64,000 bases of DNA from the NCBI GenBank assembly GCA_963788195.1, contig CAWBGA010000017.1:224001-288000 (forward strand), given 5' to 3'. A program made the translations under genes and the position numbers. The notes under the pieces are model-generated. The model was not told the origin of the DNA, searched no databases, and saw nothing but the letters and a program-made list of their open reading frames with translations. The stretch comes from Nitrospirota bacterium. Lineage in GTDB: Bacteria > Nitrospirota > Nitrospiria > Nitrospirales > NS-4. Positions 21,740 through 33,700 of this stretch are shown here, one piece after another; position 1 is the stretch's first letter, and every line of letters begins with the position of its first letter.

Positions 21740-22562
21740 ATGATCGATTCGGTCTCTGTGGGTCGTCGCAGGATCTTGTCGGCCGTCGTATTCCTGCCAT
21801 GTTTCTTTGTCCTCGTGCGCTACCTACCACCGGTCGCATTCTTCGTGTTTGTCGGGATCGGGATTCTATTAGCCGAGTACGAATACTACCGGTTTCACTT
21901 CACGGAGCGTTGGTCCGGCAACATTGGAACAGGCTTGGCCTTGGGGATGCGTGGTGACCGCCACCTTTGCTTTCCCCGGCCGAATCTCGGCCCAGGCGCT
22001 CATCACCTTTATCATCTTGGCCATTCTTCTGAGCCAATTAGTCGCAGGCCGCGATATGCGGTACACGCTTCAAGATTCCGCGATCCTGGCATTCGGTGTC
22101 TTTTACATTGCCTGGCTGCTCAGCCATCTTATTGCGATTAGACAATTCAATGAAGGAATTGTTCTCGTCTTTTTTCTCTTTCTCGTTACATGGGCCAACG
22201 ATACTGCGGCCTACTATTCCGGCATGCGTTGGGGAAGACATCCCATGGCGCCTGTCGTCAGCCCCAAGAAGACCTGGGAGGGTGCGGCCGGCGGGCTGTT
22301 AGGTTCCATCGCTGGAGCCTTCGCCTGCCGCGCATGGTTCATCCCCTCGCTCAGCACCGCCGATGCGCTTTGGTTGGGTCTGTTGCTGGGGGTCGCCGCA
22401 CCGCTTGGAGACCTGTGCGAATCCATCTTAAAACGCAGCGCGGGTGTAAAAGACTCAGGCTCACTGATCCCCGGTCACGGCGGCATTCTGGATCGCATTG
22501 ATAGCTTGATCTTTACGACGCCCGCGTTCTACTATTATCTGCTTAGCATCCACACTCCCTAA
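21740..22562 (+). CDS. cdsA: Phosphatidate cytidylyltransferase (frameshift near 21945)
   Basis: SPKKTWEG and KDSGSLIPGHGGILDRIDS motifs; conserved synteny. Confidence 0.93.
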
Positions 22563-22574
22563 AAGCTGGGAACC

Positions 22575-23754
22575 ATGAAAAAAATCGTCATCTTAGGCTC
22601 GACCGGGTCAATCGGGACCAACACGTTGGACATTGTCTCGAAGTTTCCCGGCAAGTTTAAGGCGATCGGACTGACGGCGGGCACGAACGTTGATAAGCTC
22701 GAGGAGCAGGTGCGGACATTCGAGCCGACCATGGTCGCGATGTCCGATGAGGCCGCAGCGCGGGAGCTGCGCGCTCGATGCCAAGGGCTTCGCACCACGG
22801 TCGTGAGCGGAGTTGCGGGCCTTCTTGAGACTGCGACGATGGCCGAAGCGGATTTGGTCATCTCCGCCATTGTCGGAGGCGCCGGGCTGGTTCCGACCCT
22901 GGCGGCCATCAAAGCCGGCAAGTCGATCGGGCTTGCGAATAAAGAGCCGATGGTCATGGCCGGCCGGCTGATGCAGGAAGAAGCCCGAAAGGCACAGCGT
23001 CAGAATCTTCCCTATCGATAGCGAGCACAGCGCCTTGTTTCAATCGATGGAAGGGCACCGGGTGGTGGATATCCGCCGGCTGATCCTGACGGCTTCCGGC
23101 GGACCGCTCTGGAACATGACGACCGAACAGATGAAGGACGTCACACCGAAGCAGGCGCTTCAGCATCCCACGTGGAAGATGGGGCCTAAGATTACGATCG
23201 ATTCGGCCACGCTGATGAATAAGGGACTGGAGGTCGTCGAAGCCCGATGGCTGTTTGATATTGCGCCCTCCCAAATAGAAGTCCTGATCCATCGGGAAAG
23301 TATTATCCACTCGCTTGTTGAATACTCCGATCGTTCCGTCATCGCCCAACTCGGCCTCCCTGATATGCGCACCCCTATCTCCTACGCCATGAACTATCCG
23401 GAGCGCCTGCCGTTGGATTTACCGTCTCTCAATCTTGCGGAGATCGGCCGGTTAAGCTTTTGTGAGCCGGATGATGCCCGATTCCCGTGCCTGCGCCTTG
23501 GCTATGAAGCGCTGAGGATCGGAGGCACGATGCCGGCTGTCTTGAATGCTGCCAATGAAATCGCGGTGCAAGCGTTTTTAGACCATCGGATCGGGTTCTT
23601 AGACATTGCCGCAACAATCCGCCGGACGATAGACGCTCATGTGCCCACGGAGGTCCTGACTCTGGAGGACGCCCTCCATGCCGACACGTGGGCAAGGGGA
23701 CACGCGACCGGGCTGATAAACGTTCTCTCCGCACCCTCGGCTGTGGTACACTAG
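22575..23754 (+). CDS. dxr: 1-deoxy-D-xylulose-5-phosphate reductoisomerase (frameshift near 22995)
   Basis: LGSTGSIG, LANKE, PIDSEH and KITIDSATLMNKGLE motifs. Confidence 0.95.
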
Positions 23755-23759
23755 ACCGT

Positions 23760-24864
23760 ATGCAAGCCATACAACACTACGGGTTTTACGTCGCGACCTT
23801 TATTGTCGCGCTTGGTTTTCTCGTGGCCTTCCATGAGTTCGGTCACTTCTGGGTCGCTCGACGAGCGGGTGTCAAGGTCCTGAAGTTCTCGATCGGCTTT
23901 GGCCCGAAAATCCTGGGGCGGCAGATTGGTGAGACAGAATATCTCCTGTCCGCCATTCCCCTCGGCGGATACGTCAAGATGTTGGGCGAGGACAGCGGGG
24001 AGGAGATCAGCGAGGCCGACAAGAAACGCTCATTCTCCCACGCTCCGCTCTATAAACGGTTTGCCATTGTCGCCGCCGGCCCGATCTTCAACCTGCTGCT
24101 CGCCTACCTTATCTTCACCATCTGGCTGGCAACCGGCGCCCCCGTATTCGTACCCTCGTTTGCCGATCTTGCCTCCTCCGTCGAAACCGTGGTCGCGGGC
24201 TCGCCGGCGGAAGCGAGTGGGATGAAGAGCGGCGACCGGATCATTCAAATCGACGCCAAGAGGATCAGCACATGGAACGAGATGACGGACATCGTCAAGC
24301 GCAGCCCGGGAAAGCCCTTGTCGGTGGTGGTCGAACGTGACGGCGGAACGACCAACTTGACCGTCACCCCGGGTACCCGGAAAGAGACCCAGGAGGACGG
24401 GACAGAAAAAGAGGTGGGCCAGATCGGTATCACCAAGTCTAACAAGGCCTTGCTCGGCGGCGACAATCCACTGCTCGCGCCATGGGACGGTCTTCGCGCC
24501 ACATGGGGATGGACCGAGCTCACGCTCGTCGGCATCTGGAAGATGATCACACGCGAGGTCTCGGCCGACAACATCGGCGGCCCCCTCACGATCGCGAAGA
24601 TCTCCGGAGACGCCGCGACCCAGGGGTTCTCCAATTATATCTTCTTGATTGCCATCCTGAGCATCAACCTGGGCGTCCTGAATCTCCTTCCTATCCCGGT
24701 GCTGGACGGCGGCCACCTGGCATTCTTTACGTTGGAAGCCATTCATGCGACGCCCTGTCAGCCTGCGCAGCCGTGAGGTGGCGCAACAAATCGGCATCTT
24801 CCTGTTGATCTGTCTCATGCTCTATGCCTTCCGGAACGACATCCTGAACGTCTGGCCGAAGTAA
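23760..24864 (+). CDS. rseP: RIP metalloprotease RseP (C-terminal frameshift near 24750)
   Basis: HEFGH, PDZ domain and [11 protein letters not shown]; the last TM ends in NDILNVWPK* in a shifted frame. Confidence 0.93.
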
Positions 24865-26579
24865 TGCGCCAATCGCGGCTGCTGATTCCCACCCTGAGGG
24901 ATGATCCTGGGGAGGCGGAAATCGTGAGCCACCGGCTGATGCTGCGGGCCGGGATGATCCGAAAAGTCGCCGCCGGCATCTATGTGTACCTGCCGCTCGG
25001 CCTACGCGTCATCCGCAAGGTCGAGCAGATCATCCGCCAGGAGCTGAACAAGTCCGGCGCGCAGGAATTGCTGATGCCGATCGCCTCGCCCGCCGAGCTC
25101 TGGCAGGAGACCGGCCGCTGGGATTTTTACGGCAAGGAGCTGTTTCGTCTGAAGGACCGCCACGAGCGGGACTTCTGCCTCGGCCCCACGCATGAAGAGG
25201 TGATTACCGACCTCGTACGCCGTGAAGTCCGGTCGTACCGCCAGCTTCCCGCGAACTTTTATCAGATCCAAACCAAGTTCCGCGACGAGATCCGCCCCCG
25301 CTTCGGGCTCATGCGCGGCCGGGAGTTCATCATGAAGGATGCCTATTCCTTCGATGCCGACGAGGCCGGCGCAGCGGAGAGCTACCGCAAGATGTACGAG
25401 GCCTATATGGCTATCTTCACGCGGTGCGGGTTGAACTTTCGGCCGGTGGAGGCCGATACCGGACTCATCGGCGGCACCTCTTCACACGAGTTCATGGTGC
25501 TGGCGGATACCGGTGAAGAAGGCATTGCGGTATGCGATGCCTGCAACTACGCGGCCAACGTCGAGCGCGCGGAACTGAAGGAGTCGCCGTTGGACATACA
25601 GGCGGCATCAGCTCAAGAAAAACGGCTGGTTCCCACGCCGGGGCAGAAAACCGTCGAAGACGTGACAGCATTTTTGAACGTGACGGCCTCGACACTGATC
25701 AAAACCCTGGTGTATCTTGCCGATGGAAAACCTGTGGCGGTCCTTCTGCGCGGCGACCACGCCGTCAATGAAATCAAGCTGAAAAAACTCCTTGGCGCTG
25801 CGGAGTTGATCATGGCTGATGCGGCCACCGTCGAGAAACTCACCAGGGCGCCGGTGGGATTCGCGGGTCCGATCGGTCTCTCCGGGGTGAGCATTGTCGC
25901 CGACTTCGCTGTGAAACACGTGGTCGATGGCGTCGTGGGCGGGAATGCCGCGGACCGTCATTGGGTGAACGTGACTCCCGGACGCGACTTCATACCGGAC
26001 CGGTACGCCGATCTTCGCAATACGGTCTCCGGCGACGCGTGCCCGCGGTGCTCGCAGCCGCTGCGGATCGTGCGGGGCATCGAAGTGGGTCATGTCTTTA
26101 TGTTGGGCACCAAGTACAGCGAGAAGATGAGGGCGACCTACCTGGATCAGCAGGGCCAGGAAAAATTCATCGTGATGGGCTGTTATGGGATCGGCGTCGG
26201 CCGCTCAGCCGCAGCGGCTGTCGAACAGAACCATGATGCCAAAGGCATTCAGTGGCCGGCCCCCATCGCGCCTTTTCATGTCCACATCCTCCCTCTATCG
26301 GATAAGTCGGGAAAAGTCGCCGCGACCGCCGGCGATTTGGAAAGACAGCTGGAAGAAGCCGGCATTGAAGTATTGCTGGATGACCGCGATGAGCGGCCGG
26401 GCGTGAAATTCAACGACGCTGACCTGGTCGGTATTCCCTACCAGATTGTGATCGGCGAAAAAGGGCTCGCACAGGGTCAGGTCGAACTCAAAGAGCGTCG
26501 CACATCAACCGTGACGAAGCTGGCCCCTTCCGGAATGCTTCCTCATCTCAGAGAGCTCCTTGCGCCAGTCCTGATCTGA
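24864..26579 (+). CDS. proS: Proline--tRNA ligase
   Basis: [19 protein letters not shown] editing domain, GIEVGH and GCYGIG. Confidence 0.97.
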   Translation: MRQSRLLIPTLRDDPGEAEIVSHRLMLRAGMIRKVAAGIYVYLPLGLRVIRKVEQIIRQELNKSGAQELLMPIASPAELWQETGRWDFYGKELFRLKDRHERDFCLGPTHEEVITDLVRREVRSYRQLPANFYQIQTKFRDEIRPRFGLMRGREFIMKDAYSFDADEAGAAESYRKMYEAYMAIFTRCGLNFRPVEADTGLIGGTSSHEFMVLADTGEEGIAVCDACNYAANVERAELKESPLDIQAASAQEKRLVPTPGQKTVEDVTAFLNVTASTLIKTLVYLADGKPVAVLLRGDHAVNEIKLKKLLGAAELIMADAATVEKLTRAPVGFAGPIGLSGVSIVADFAVKHVVDGVVGGNAADRHWVNVTPGRDFIPDRYADLRNTVSGDACPRCSQPLRIVRGIEVGHVFMLGTKYSEKMRATYLDQQGQEKFIVMGCYGIGVGRSAAAAVEQNHDAKGIQWPAPIAPFHVHILPLSDKSGKVAATAGDLERQLEEAGIEVLLDDRDERPGVKFNDADLVGIPYQIVIGEKGLAQGQVELKERRTSTVTKLAPSGMLPHLRELLAPVLI

Positions 26580-26631
26580 TCTGCCAGAATTGTCTCTGCC
26601 AAACCCTGTTCTCTGTTGCCACGGCGATTTC

Positions 26632-27237
26632 TTATCTCACCAGTAGACGCTCGCCCACATGGATTTCGTTGTCGGCGAGCCCGTTGAGTTCTCGGAGCTT
26701 GTTGACGCTTGTCTTGTAGCGCTTGGCAAGACTGAACAGAGTGTCCCCTCGCTTGACCTCATGATGGACGCCGCCGGCCTTATCCTCATGCATTCCGGCA
26801 GAACCCCTGCTGTTCGAACCCTTCCCAAGGCTTTCAGACTGGAGCTCTCCGAGTCGGTCCGGGGGCTCGGTCGGCGCAGGCGACACCCCAGGGCGCCGGG
26901 GCTTTGCGACCGCACGGCGGCTCTGAACATCTTCCTGGAGTCGCCCGACCTCTTCCAATGAGCGCACGACCTGTGACCGGGCGTCCTTGAGCTGGTCCGA
27001 AATCTGCTTGTTCTGCGCCTCCAGGTCGCTCACCTGACTTTTCAGCCGCGCGACTTCAGAGCTGAGGTCCGAACTTCGCTTCTCTTCGTCGGCAAGCAAC
27101 CGCTGCAAGTTGGTCGTTCGATTGACCTGTTGAGTATAACTTTCCTTAGTGACGCAGCCCGTCAGGCTCAGGATCACTCCCAGGATCATCAACAACACTG
27201 AGTTTGTCCAGTGCGGTGTGACGACGTGATCGGTCAT
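26632..27237 (-). CDS. Lipoprotein with coiled coil and C-terminal LysM domain
   Basis: LTGC lipobox; HEVKRGDTLFSLAKRY...LRELNGL LysM; AAGGAGG SD. Confidence 0.85.
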   Translation of the reverse strand: MTDHVVTPHWTNSVLLMILGVILSLTGCVTKESYTQQVNRTTNLQRLLADEEKRSSDLSSEVARLKSQVSDLEAQNKQISDQLKDARSQVVRSLEEVGRLQEDVQSRRAVAKPRRPGVSPAPTEPPDRLGELQSESLGKGSNSRGSAGMHEDKAGGVHHEVKRGDTLFSLAKRYKTSVNKLRELNGLADNEIHVGERLLVR

Positions 27238-27250
27238 CAGGTCGGCCTCC

Positions 27251-27439
27251 TTATTGTTTTTTCTGGAAGATGCTGGCATCGCAGGAGATATACTTGATTT
27301 GCCGCATCGGCACAATAATTACCTCTTTGGCGGTGTCGATCTCAAGGATCTCCATGTCGTCGCTGATGGTATGGCGAATGACATTGTTATAGAGTAATTC
27401 TTCCTTGTCGGTCAGGACGACGCGAACCCAATATTCCAC
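27251..27439 (-). CDS. Small hypothetical beta-rich protein
   Basis: 62 aa ORF with GAGGA SD, tightly packed between the radical SAM and LysM genes. Confidence 0.65.
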   Translation of the reverse strand: MEYWVRVVLTDKEELLYNNVIRHTISDDMEILEIDTAKEVIIVPMRQIKYISCDASIFQKKQ

Positions 27440-27451
27440 TCTGGTCCTCTT

Positions 27452-28702
27452 TTAGACCGGGACCGGCACCCGCTCGAATTCCTTTGACGCCGGATTGCGG
27501 ACATAGTCATGAATGTAACTGCTTAAATAACCGTGCTCCCAGAGTTTCGTGTCGGCGACCTTCGTGTTGATCTTTCCCAAGATCTTCACCTTGACCTTAC
27601 TCTTCTCCTTGAACTCCTCCAGACTCATGCCGCTGATGTCGCAATCGTTCCCTCGGGGGCTTTCGATAATACATTTGGGCAGGTAAATGAACTTCTCGCC
27701 GTTCAATCGGTTCAGGATATCCTGAAACGTCAACAAAATGGTGCAGTCGGAGTCCCCGCCTAGCGTGGTGTTCGGCACATAGAGGAAGCGGGCGCGGTTC
27801 TTCCGGTACATCGTCAGGATTTTATAGACGCTCTTAGCCATCACGACTGTGTCGCGCTTGTCGAGTTCCAGATGATCGAAGAGGGACATGATCTTGTAAC
27901 GGTTAAGAAAGGCCGTGATGTAGGGCTCCGTATGGATCGTCGTCGGGTTGGGGAGCCCCGTTTCGTACACCCGTACCGCCTCCTGGGGAAGGGCCTCTTT
28001 TCCTTGGCGGCACATCTTTACCGTGGTCTCGTCCATGCCTTTTAACGGCGTCAGGCAACCCATCCACAGGATGACGTTCGGATTGAGACCGGAGATCGTC
28101 CGCGCGTCTTCAGACATCGTGGACGAGTCAAAGGAGTAAAAATTCGCGGACGTCACCGCGGGGCCGTCCAGGACTTTGAGAACATGGGAAATGGACGGGG
28201 CATGCGGCATCAGCGCCTTCCGATAGTCTTTATGCAAGGTAATGACCGAGAGCTCAAAATTAATGCGGTTTGGATACGTGACCGCCAATTGATGGATCTT
28301 CGGAACATGGACGTAGCCGACCGTGAATATCGTGACCGCCTTGTCGGTATATCTCAGGAAGTCCTCCAGCCACTCCATCGCCTTGGGATGCAGGAAGAGG
28401 TCAGTCCATTCCATATACTCATTGCCGCCCCATACCCAGTTCTCATTCGGGCGCGTGGGCTTCTTGCTGATGTAGTCGAGGATGTAGTTCCATTCCTCCT
28501 GGGTAGTCCGGCCTGGCTCCTCGGTGCGCCGGTAGCTGTGGTCGATCTCATAGCAGAACGTGCATTTCACAGGGCAGGTCTTGCCGATGCTGATCGGAAT
28601 CTTGCGCTTATCCATCTCTTTACGAAGGACCGCTTGCGAATCTGTCGCGTGGGGATACGTCAGCCTGGCATCAGTTGGAATGACGGGAAGTTCAGTGGGC
28701 AT
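27452..28702 (-). CDS. Radical SAM protein with DUF512-like C-terminus
   Basis: CPVKCTFC (CxxxCxxC); C-terminal VPNTTLGG...LLTFQDIL...YLP pattern. Confidence 0.8.
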   Translation of the reverse strand: MPTELPVIPTDARLTYPHATDSQAVLRKEMDKRKIPISIGKTCPVKCTFCYEIDHSYRRTEEPGRTTQEEWNYILDYISKKPTRPNENWVWGGNEYMEWTDLFLHPKAMEWLEDFLRYTDKAVTIFTVGYVHVPKIHQLAVTYPNRINFELSVITLHKDYRKALMPHAPSISHVLKVLDGPAVTSANFYSFDSSTMSEDARTISGLNPNVILWMGCLTPLKGMDETTVKMCRQGKEALPQEAVRVYETGLPNPTTIHTEPYITAFLNRYKIMSLFDHLELDKRDTVVMAKSVYKILTMYRKNRARFLYVPNTTLGGDSDCTILLTFQDILNRLNGEKFIYLPKCIIESPRGNDCDISGMSLEEFKEKSKVKVKILGKINTKVADTKLWEHGYLSSYIHDYVRNPASKEFERVPVPV

Positions 28703-28944
28703 AGTCAATTACTCTACCTGACAGGTCGTAATTGTCGCAAGCCTGCCGTTGCCACAACAAGATAACAGACCTTCATGATAGCCACTGGCCCCAGACTCGC
28801 AGGCTCGGCAGCGAAATGTCAGCAATTGATTCCTGCTCTCGAGAGCCTAACGATTGGGGCTATTTTATAGGAAAGTTATATCCGGATGCTCTAGTCAAAA
28901 TAACAGCAGTCGAGAGTCCCGTGGCGTGCTACCCGGGACCGGTA

Positions 28945-29349
28945 TTATTGGCGTGCGTTGCCTGGCTTGATCAGCGAGAGTTGCTTGACCGCGGCGTTGA
29001 CTGCCATCCGCGCTTTAGTGGCTGGATTCAGTGTCACCCCCGGGTCGACATCGGAACCGAACTTCGCGACCTTTTGGCAGTACCTGATCGCTTCGCGTAG
29101 ATGCCCGGCCGCTTCCGTGCTGTGAGGATCAACCGGTGTCAGCATGCCAAGGATCGCCTCTGCGTGCTTTGTCACTTCCCCGCAATGATGCACGATCGCC
29201 TTTGCGTCCCCCATGCCGCCATGGGCGACCATGTCCTCAGCATCTTTCTGCATCGCCGCCGCATGACCCGGAATGTCTGTAGACAACGACCAGGCGTGAA
29301 CAGGCCACTGCGCGAGAATGGCGAACATCAATAGAATTGCGATAAACAC
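28945..29349 (-). CDS. SmbP-like small periplasmic metal-binding protein
   Basis: Signal peptide and His-spaced helices (AHGGMGDAKAIVHH...KHA...GHL). Confidence 0.65.
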   Translation of the reverse strand: MFIAILLMFAILAQWPVHAWSLSTDIPGHAAAMQKDAEDMVAHGGMGDAKAIVHHCGEVTKHAEAILGMLTPVDPHSTEAAGHLREAIRYCQKVAKFGSDVDPGVTLNPATKARMAVNAAVKQLSLIKPGNARQ

Positions 29350-29352
29350 CCG

Positions 29353-29838
29353 CTACTGCCTGCCTGTCGTGAGTTTTCGGTAGAGACGGTGAAATCCTTC
29401 GGTGTCGAGGGAAGGATCCAGTAATTGCCTGAGCCCCTCATCATCTATACGATACTCGACGGTATCATCGAAATTCGAAGAGGCAATTGTAATAAACATG
29501 GGAGGAAATAGATAGGCCGGCAGAAGAATCCCGATACGCTGGTTGTACTTGATGGCCAGACGCAGCGCCGCTCGCGCCAAGTCTGCGGGGACCTCCCGAC
29601 CGATTCCGATATTGGGCGGAGGCTGCCCACTACGCGTAAATTGAAAATGGACATTCGGAAGGCCTGCGTCCACAAAATCCTTTTTGATCGCCGCTAAATC
29701 TCCCCGGTACTGATTCGCCAGTACCACCTCTACGCGCCCTTGAAGGACTGGGACGGCGGCGTCAGCAGACGCAGACAGCAAAAGCATCAAAGAGAACAGG
29801 CTGAAACTGAGCTCGGGAAGGCGCAGCACATTCTGCAC
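29353..29838 (-). CDS. Exported hypothetical protein
   Basis: Signal peptide; in the operon downstream of the MCO. Confidence 0.65.
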   Translation of the reverse strand: MQNVLRLPELSFSLFSLMLLLSASADAAVPVLQGRVEVVLANQYRGDLAAIKKDFVDAGLPNVHFQFTRSGQPPPNIGIGREVPADLARAALRLAIKYNQRIGILLPAYLFPPMFITIASSNFDDTVEYRIDDEGLRQLLDPSLDTEGFHRLYRKLTTGRQ

Positions 29839-29841
29839 TGG

Positions 29842-30639
29842 TTACTGCGTGGGGGACAGTGGCTGCCCCGGGGATTTGAACGTGAAATCAATGACCTTGG
29901 GACCGTCGGGGGATACAGTAATCTTCTGCTCATGGGGTGCCAGCACAGGATGCCATGCGCGAATCCGATAGGTGCCCGGCGGCAAGTCTGTGATCTCGAA
30001 TGTGCCGTCCAAGCCCGTCACCGCATAATACGGATTCTCTACCGCCAGGCCGTGCGCCTGCATGAAAGAGTGCATGCCGCACTGCATCGTCATCTCCCGG
30101 CGGCCGCCCGTAAACGTGATCGTATCGGTCGTCCCGGTCTTGGTCAGTGAGGGACGATGGAACATAATGAACACATGCTCGCGGTCCCGCTCATAGACCT
30201 GTAAATCATGGGACACCGGGTCGAGATTAAACACCGTCATCGGATGGCGGTCGCGTACAACCGACACAAATGGAAAAAATAAACAGACATTGGCCTCGAG
30301 CCGCGTTTCCTGTAGCTCAAACGGCTTCCCTTTTTCGACGCCCTCGATCGTCACCACAACATTTGTCAAGGCGCCGCTCGGCTCTACCCATACCTCCCTC
30401 AATAAACGATAGCCCGAGCCGTCGGAATGGGCGGCGCAAAAATCACGGTTCGGTGCTCGCCAGAGTTCAAACGCTTTGGCCGGCGGCAGGGTCCCTTCAA
30501 ACCGGACAGTCCCTTTGACTGTCGCACCATTGGTCACCTGTACTTCCTGGTAGGCGTCTGCCCGGACACAGACCCCGCCCATTATAATAACAATAGCGAC
30601 AACGCCAATCCGCTTCATCCACATCGTCTTCCAAGACAT
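29842..30639 (-). CDS. Exported carboxypeptidase-regulatory-like domain protein with cupredoxin-like motif
   Basis: NLDPVSH...CGMHSFM; DGTFEITDLPPGTYRIRAWH. Confidence 0.8.
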   Translation of the reverse strand: MSWKTMWMKRIGVVAIVIIMGGVCVRADAYQEVQVTNGATVKGTVRFEGTLPPAKAFELWRAPNRDFCAAHSDGSGYRLLREVWVEPSGALTNVVVTIEGVEKGKPFELQETRLEANVCLFFPFVSVVRDRHPMTVFNLDPVSHDLQVYERDREHVFIMFHRPSLTKTGTTDTITFTGGRREMTMQCGMHSFMQAHGLAVENPYYAVTGLDGTFEITDLPPGTYRIRAWHPVLAPHEQKITVSPDGPKVIDFTFKSPGQPLSPTQ

Positions 30640-30651
30640 GACATTCCCCTT

Positions 30652-30684
30652 AAAAAAACGGGGAGAGCGCTTTCGCCCTCCCCG
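30652..30684 (-). terminator. Intrinsic terminator after the MCO gene
   Basis: On the minus strand: ACGGGAGGGCG-AAAG-CGCTCTCCCCG followed by a T7 run. Confidence 0.75.
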
Positions 30685-30709
30685 TGCATAGCTCTTATCT
30701 CGTTACAGC

Positions 30710-33700
30710 TTACCGCACTGTTTCAGCCGGCGCATCCGCTGCGGTATTTGCGACATTGCCCGGCTGTCCCGCGGTGCGCGTTTCCGGCGGCTGTGGCATC
30801 AGCGGCAGGATCTGGCGATCCCCCGCGGGCAGAACCTTGAAGAGACCCCATTGTCCGGCATTCATGTACGCCGGACGTTGATTCTTCCACAGGTAGTCGC
30901 CGACGACCTTGTTGGGACCACCGGCACCGCCGTGAAGATAGGCGTTGATCACTTCAGAGCCGCCGAATTCCATCGTGCTCACCAGATCAGCCCCTTTCAT
31001 GTAGGGCTCGTGCGGCCATTCATGGCCGTCGACCGTGAAGAGTTGCACTTGCTCGCTGAAGGCCCCCAATACATGAATGGCGACGGGGTCCCCCACATGC
31101 GCCATTAGCATCGGTGTCGTGGGGAGCTCGCCCGCTTTCGCGCAGCTAAAGACTTCGGCGACCGTACAACCCTTTTCAATACGGTAGGCCGTCGGCTCGG
31201 ACCGGTAGTTCACCGCGGTAATGCCCGCATTCTGTTGAATATAGGGCATGAAGCTCACGCCAATGATGTTGTCTTCATCCTGAAACATCAGGGAGAAGCT
31301 TCGATAGTTAACGCGGGTCGCATTCTCCGGAATCGAGCGGTCTACGATCACGTCCGCTCGCCAGCTGCTCTTCATTGAAACATCGTCCCCCGTCAGGGGA
31401 TCGCGATACGTGGACCCCTTCGGTCCCACGATGATTGAGCCGAATAACCCGTTGCGTGGGTTTTCCACGACGTTGCCCCAGTCCTGGATCAACGCCGCTA
31501 GCTCGCCGTACTCCGGATGCGCGTAATAGGTATACGTGCGGCTTGCCCCTGGCGCGACCGTCTGGTCGCCGGGGTTATTCCCGATGTTCGCTCCGAATGA
31601 GTCCTTCGGATCGAAGGCCATCATGTCGACATGGAACCCGGCGCGCTCCTTGGCCATTTCGTTCTTAAGATTGATTTTAACGCAATCGCCGACATTCACA
31701 TGCAGCGTCAGCGGGCTCGGCCTGAGATCGCCGGCCTTGACCCGCCCCTTGTCGCCTTCCAGCACATACATTTTGCCTTGCTCATTACCGAAAATCATCT
31801 TGCGCTCGAGATCCACTTCCATGACGCCGGGCGCGGCCTCGTTATAGCGCAAATTTTGATCCATCGCGGTCACATTGAAATTCTTCAACGGCGCGCCTTC
31901 GGGGCACACCGACGGCGCTGATTTTTGGATCTGTTCGCGGCTCGGCAATGGCTTCAGGTCCTTTTGCATCTCGTCGAAGACCCGAATGATGCCCCAGCTG
32001 CCTTCCGCAAAGTGCGAGGCGCGTCCACTATAGTAGAGGTAGTCGCCTGCCATCTTCTGCGGGCCACCCGCAGCAGGGATCGCCGGGTCATACCGCTCGC
32101 CAATCGCGAGGTGGATCGTGCTGCGCGGCATGGCCTTGGGGCCGTAGCGCTCCATCGGGAACCAGTGCCCCGTCACGTGCCAGGTGTGCGCCTCGTTCGT
32201 CGAGCCCACCAGCGCGCGCACCAGGATCGGATCGCCGAGGTAGGCCCTCAGCAGAGGCGTGCCCGGATCCCCGTGGATCCCCGACACGAACAGCTTTGAA
32301 GGATCAGGCTCATTCATGAGCCGCACGCTAAGCGGTTCCACCCGCATGCTATACCCACTGCCGGTAGTGGCCTCACCGCCGTTGAGGAACCACATTGGCG
32401 ACTTGTTGATCTTTTCCGGGAACTTGTGGGAAGGCGGACCATCCACCGAGGACGGATTCATACTTGCCTGTGGGTTATCCGCCGTGATCAGCTCCGCGGT
32501 GCGGGCGTTACTATCCATGATATGCATCATGATCTCGCGGAAGCTGCCCCGAATATCGCGCGACACCGGCTCAAGCGTGTGAATGTCGGCGATGGGCCCG
32601 CTCCGGATTTCTTTTCCGGTAACCGGATCATGATACGTCGAGCGTGGTGGCTCCACAATCAAGGCCCAAAAGAGCCCGTGGCCCCAGGTGTCGGTGCCAA
32701 ACACGTGGTCATGCCAGAAGACCGTGCCGTAGTCCGCATCCACGTAGAGACGCTGGCGGGTGAACTCGACGCTGGCGATGTCGTTCTTCTTGTGCCCGTA
32801 CTTCAGCGGCGCATCAAACGTGATCGGTTTTGCCTTCGATGTTCTTGATCCGCATGACCTCGAAATACTTGGGATCATCCATCCCTACGCCGAGCTCAGT
32901 GTTAGCGTGGTACTTGGAAGTATCCGTTAACGTGATGCTGCGCGAACCCGCTTTGACATCTGCTGTGAGAACCGTGTTCGCCGGCAGAGGCATCCCTTTG
33001 TCCGGCGCCGGGTCCTTCAACATCGTGAAGGCCCGCAGCGACATGTCATAGGAGAAGCCCGCTGTCGCCCCATCGGAGGCGCTGGTATCGAACTGGACGA
33101 AATGCGGGTGCAGGTTGACCTTGTTAGCCCAACCCGTGCGCTCGTCGTCGGGAATCTCGTTCTTGTAAATAATGTCGATGCAGTCGTACACGTTGCCGCG
33201 GATCACGAGCGGGACCTGCTTGTCCGGCGTCTTCCGGACCTCCTGCTCTTCTTCATGCAGCACGAAGATCATGCCGTTGGGGTCGACGATCGCCGGCGTC
33301 TTAGCTGTCGCCTTCTTCAAGCTGATCGGCAAGGTAATCGCATGGATCGTGTACTGCTTGCGCGGCGAATCGGAGGGACACAGACTCCAGGGCCCTTGCT
33401 CGCCCGGCCTGGCCGGCTCTGTGCTCTTCGTTCCATCCTCTCGCACATGGAACGGCTCGAGCCACGGCGCTCCGCCGTGGTTCGGCGCAAACGGCGGTCG
33501 CTTGCCCAAATGCGGCCGCAGCCATGGGAACGCCAGTTTACCGGTCAGTGGATCGAACGTAATCGGCGGCCGCTTCAGAGGCGTGGGGGACGAATAGTCC
33601 GCCCATTTATGCGGCGTCTCCGGCTCATTGAGCGCGACTGCGCCTTCCCACTTCCAATTCACCACCGTCGCGTCATGCGCCTTCGCCTGCTTGACCTGAT

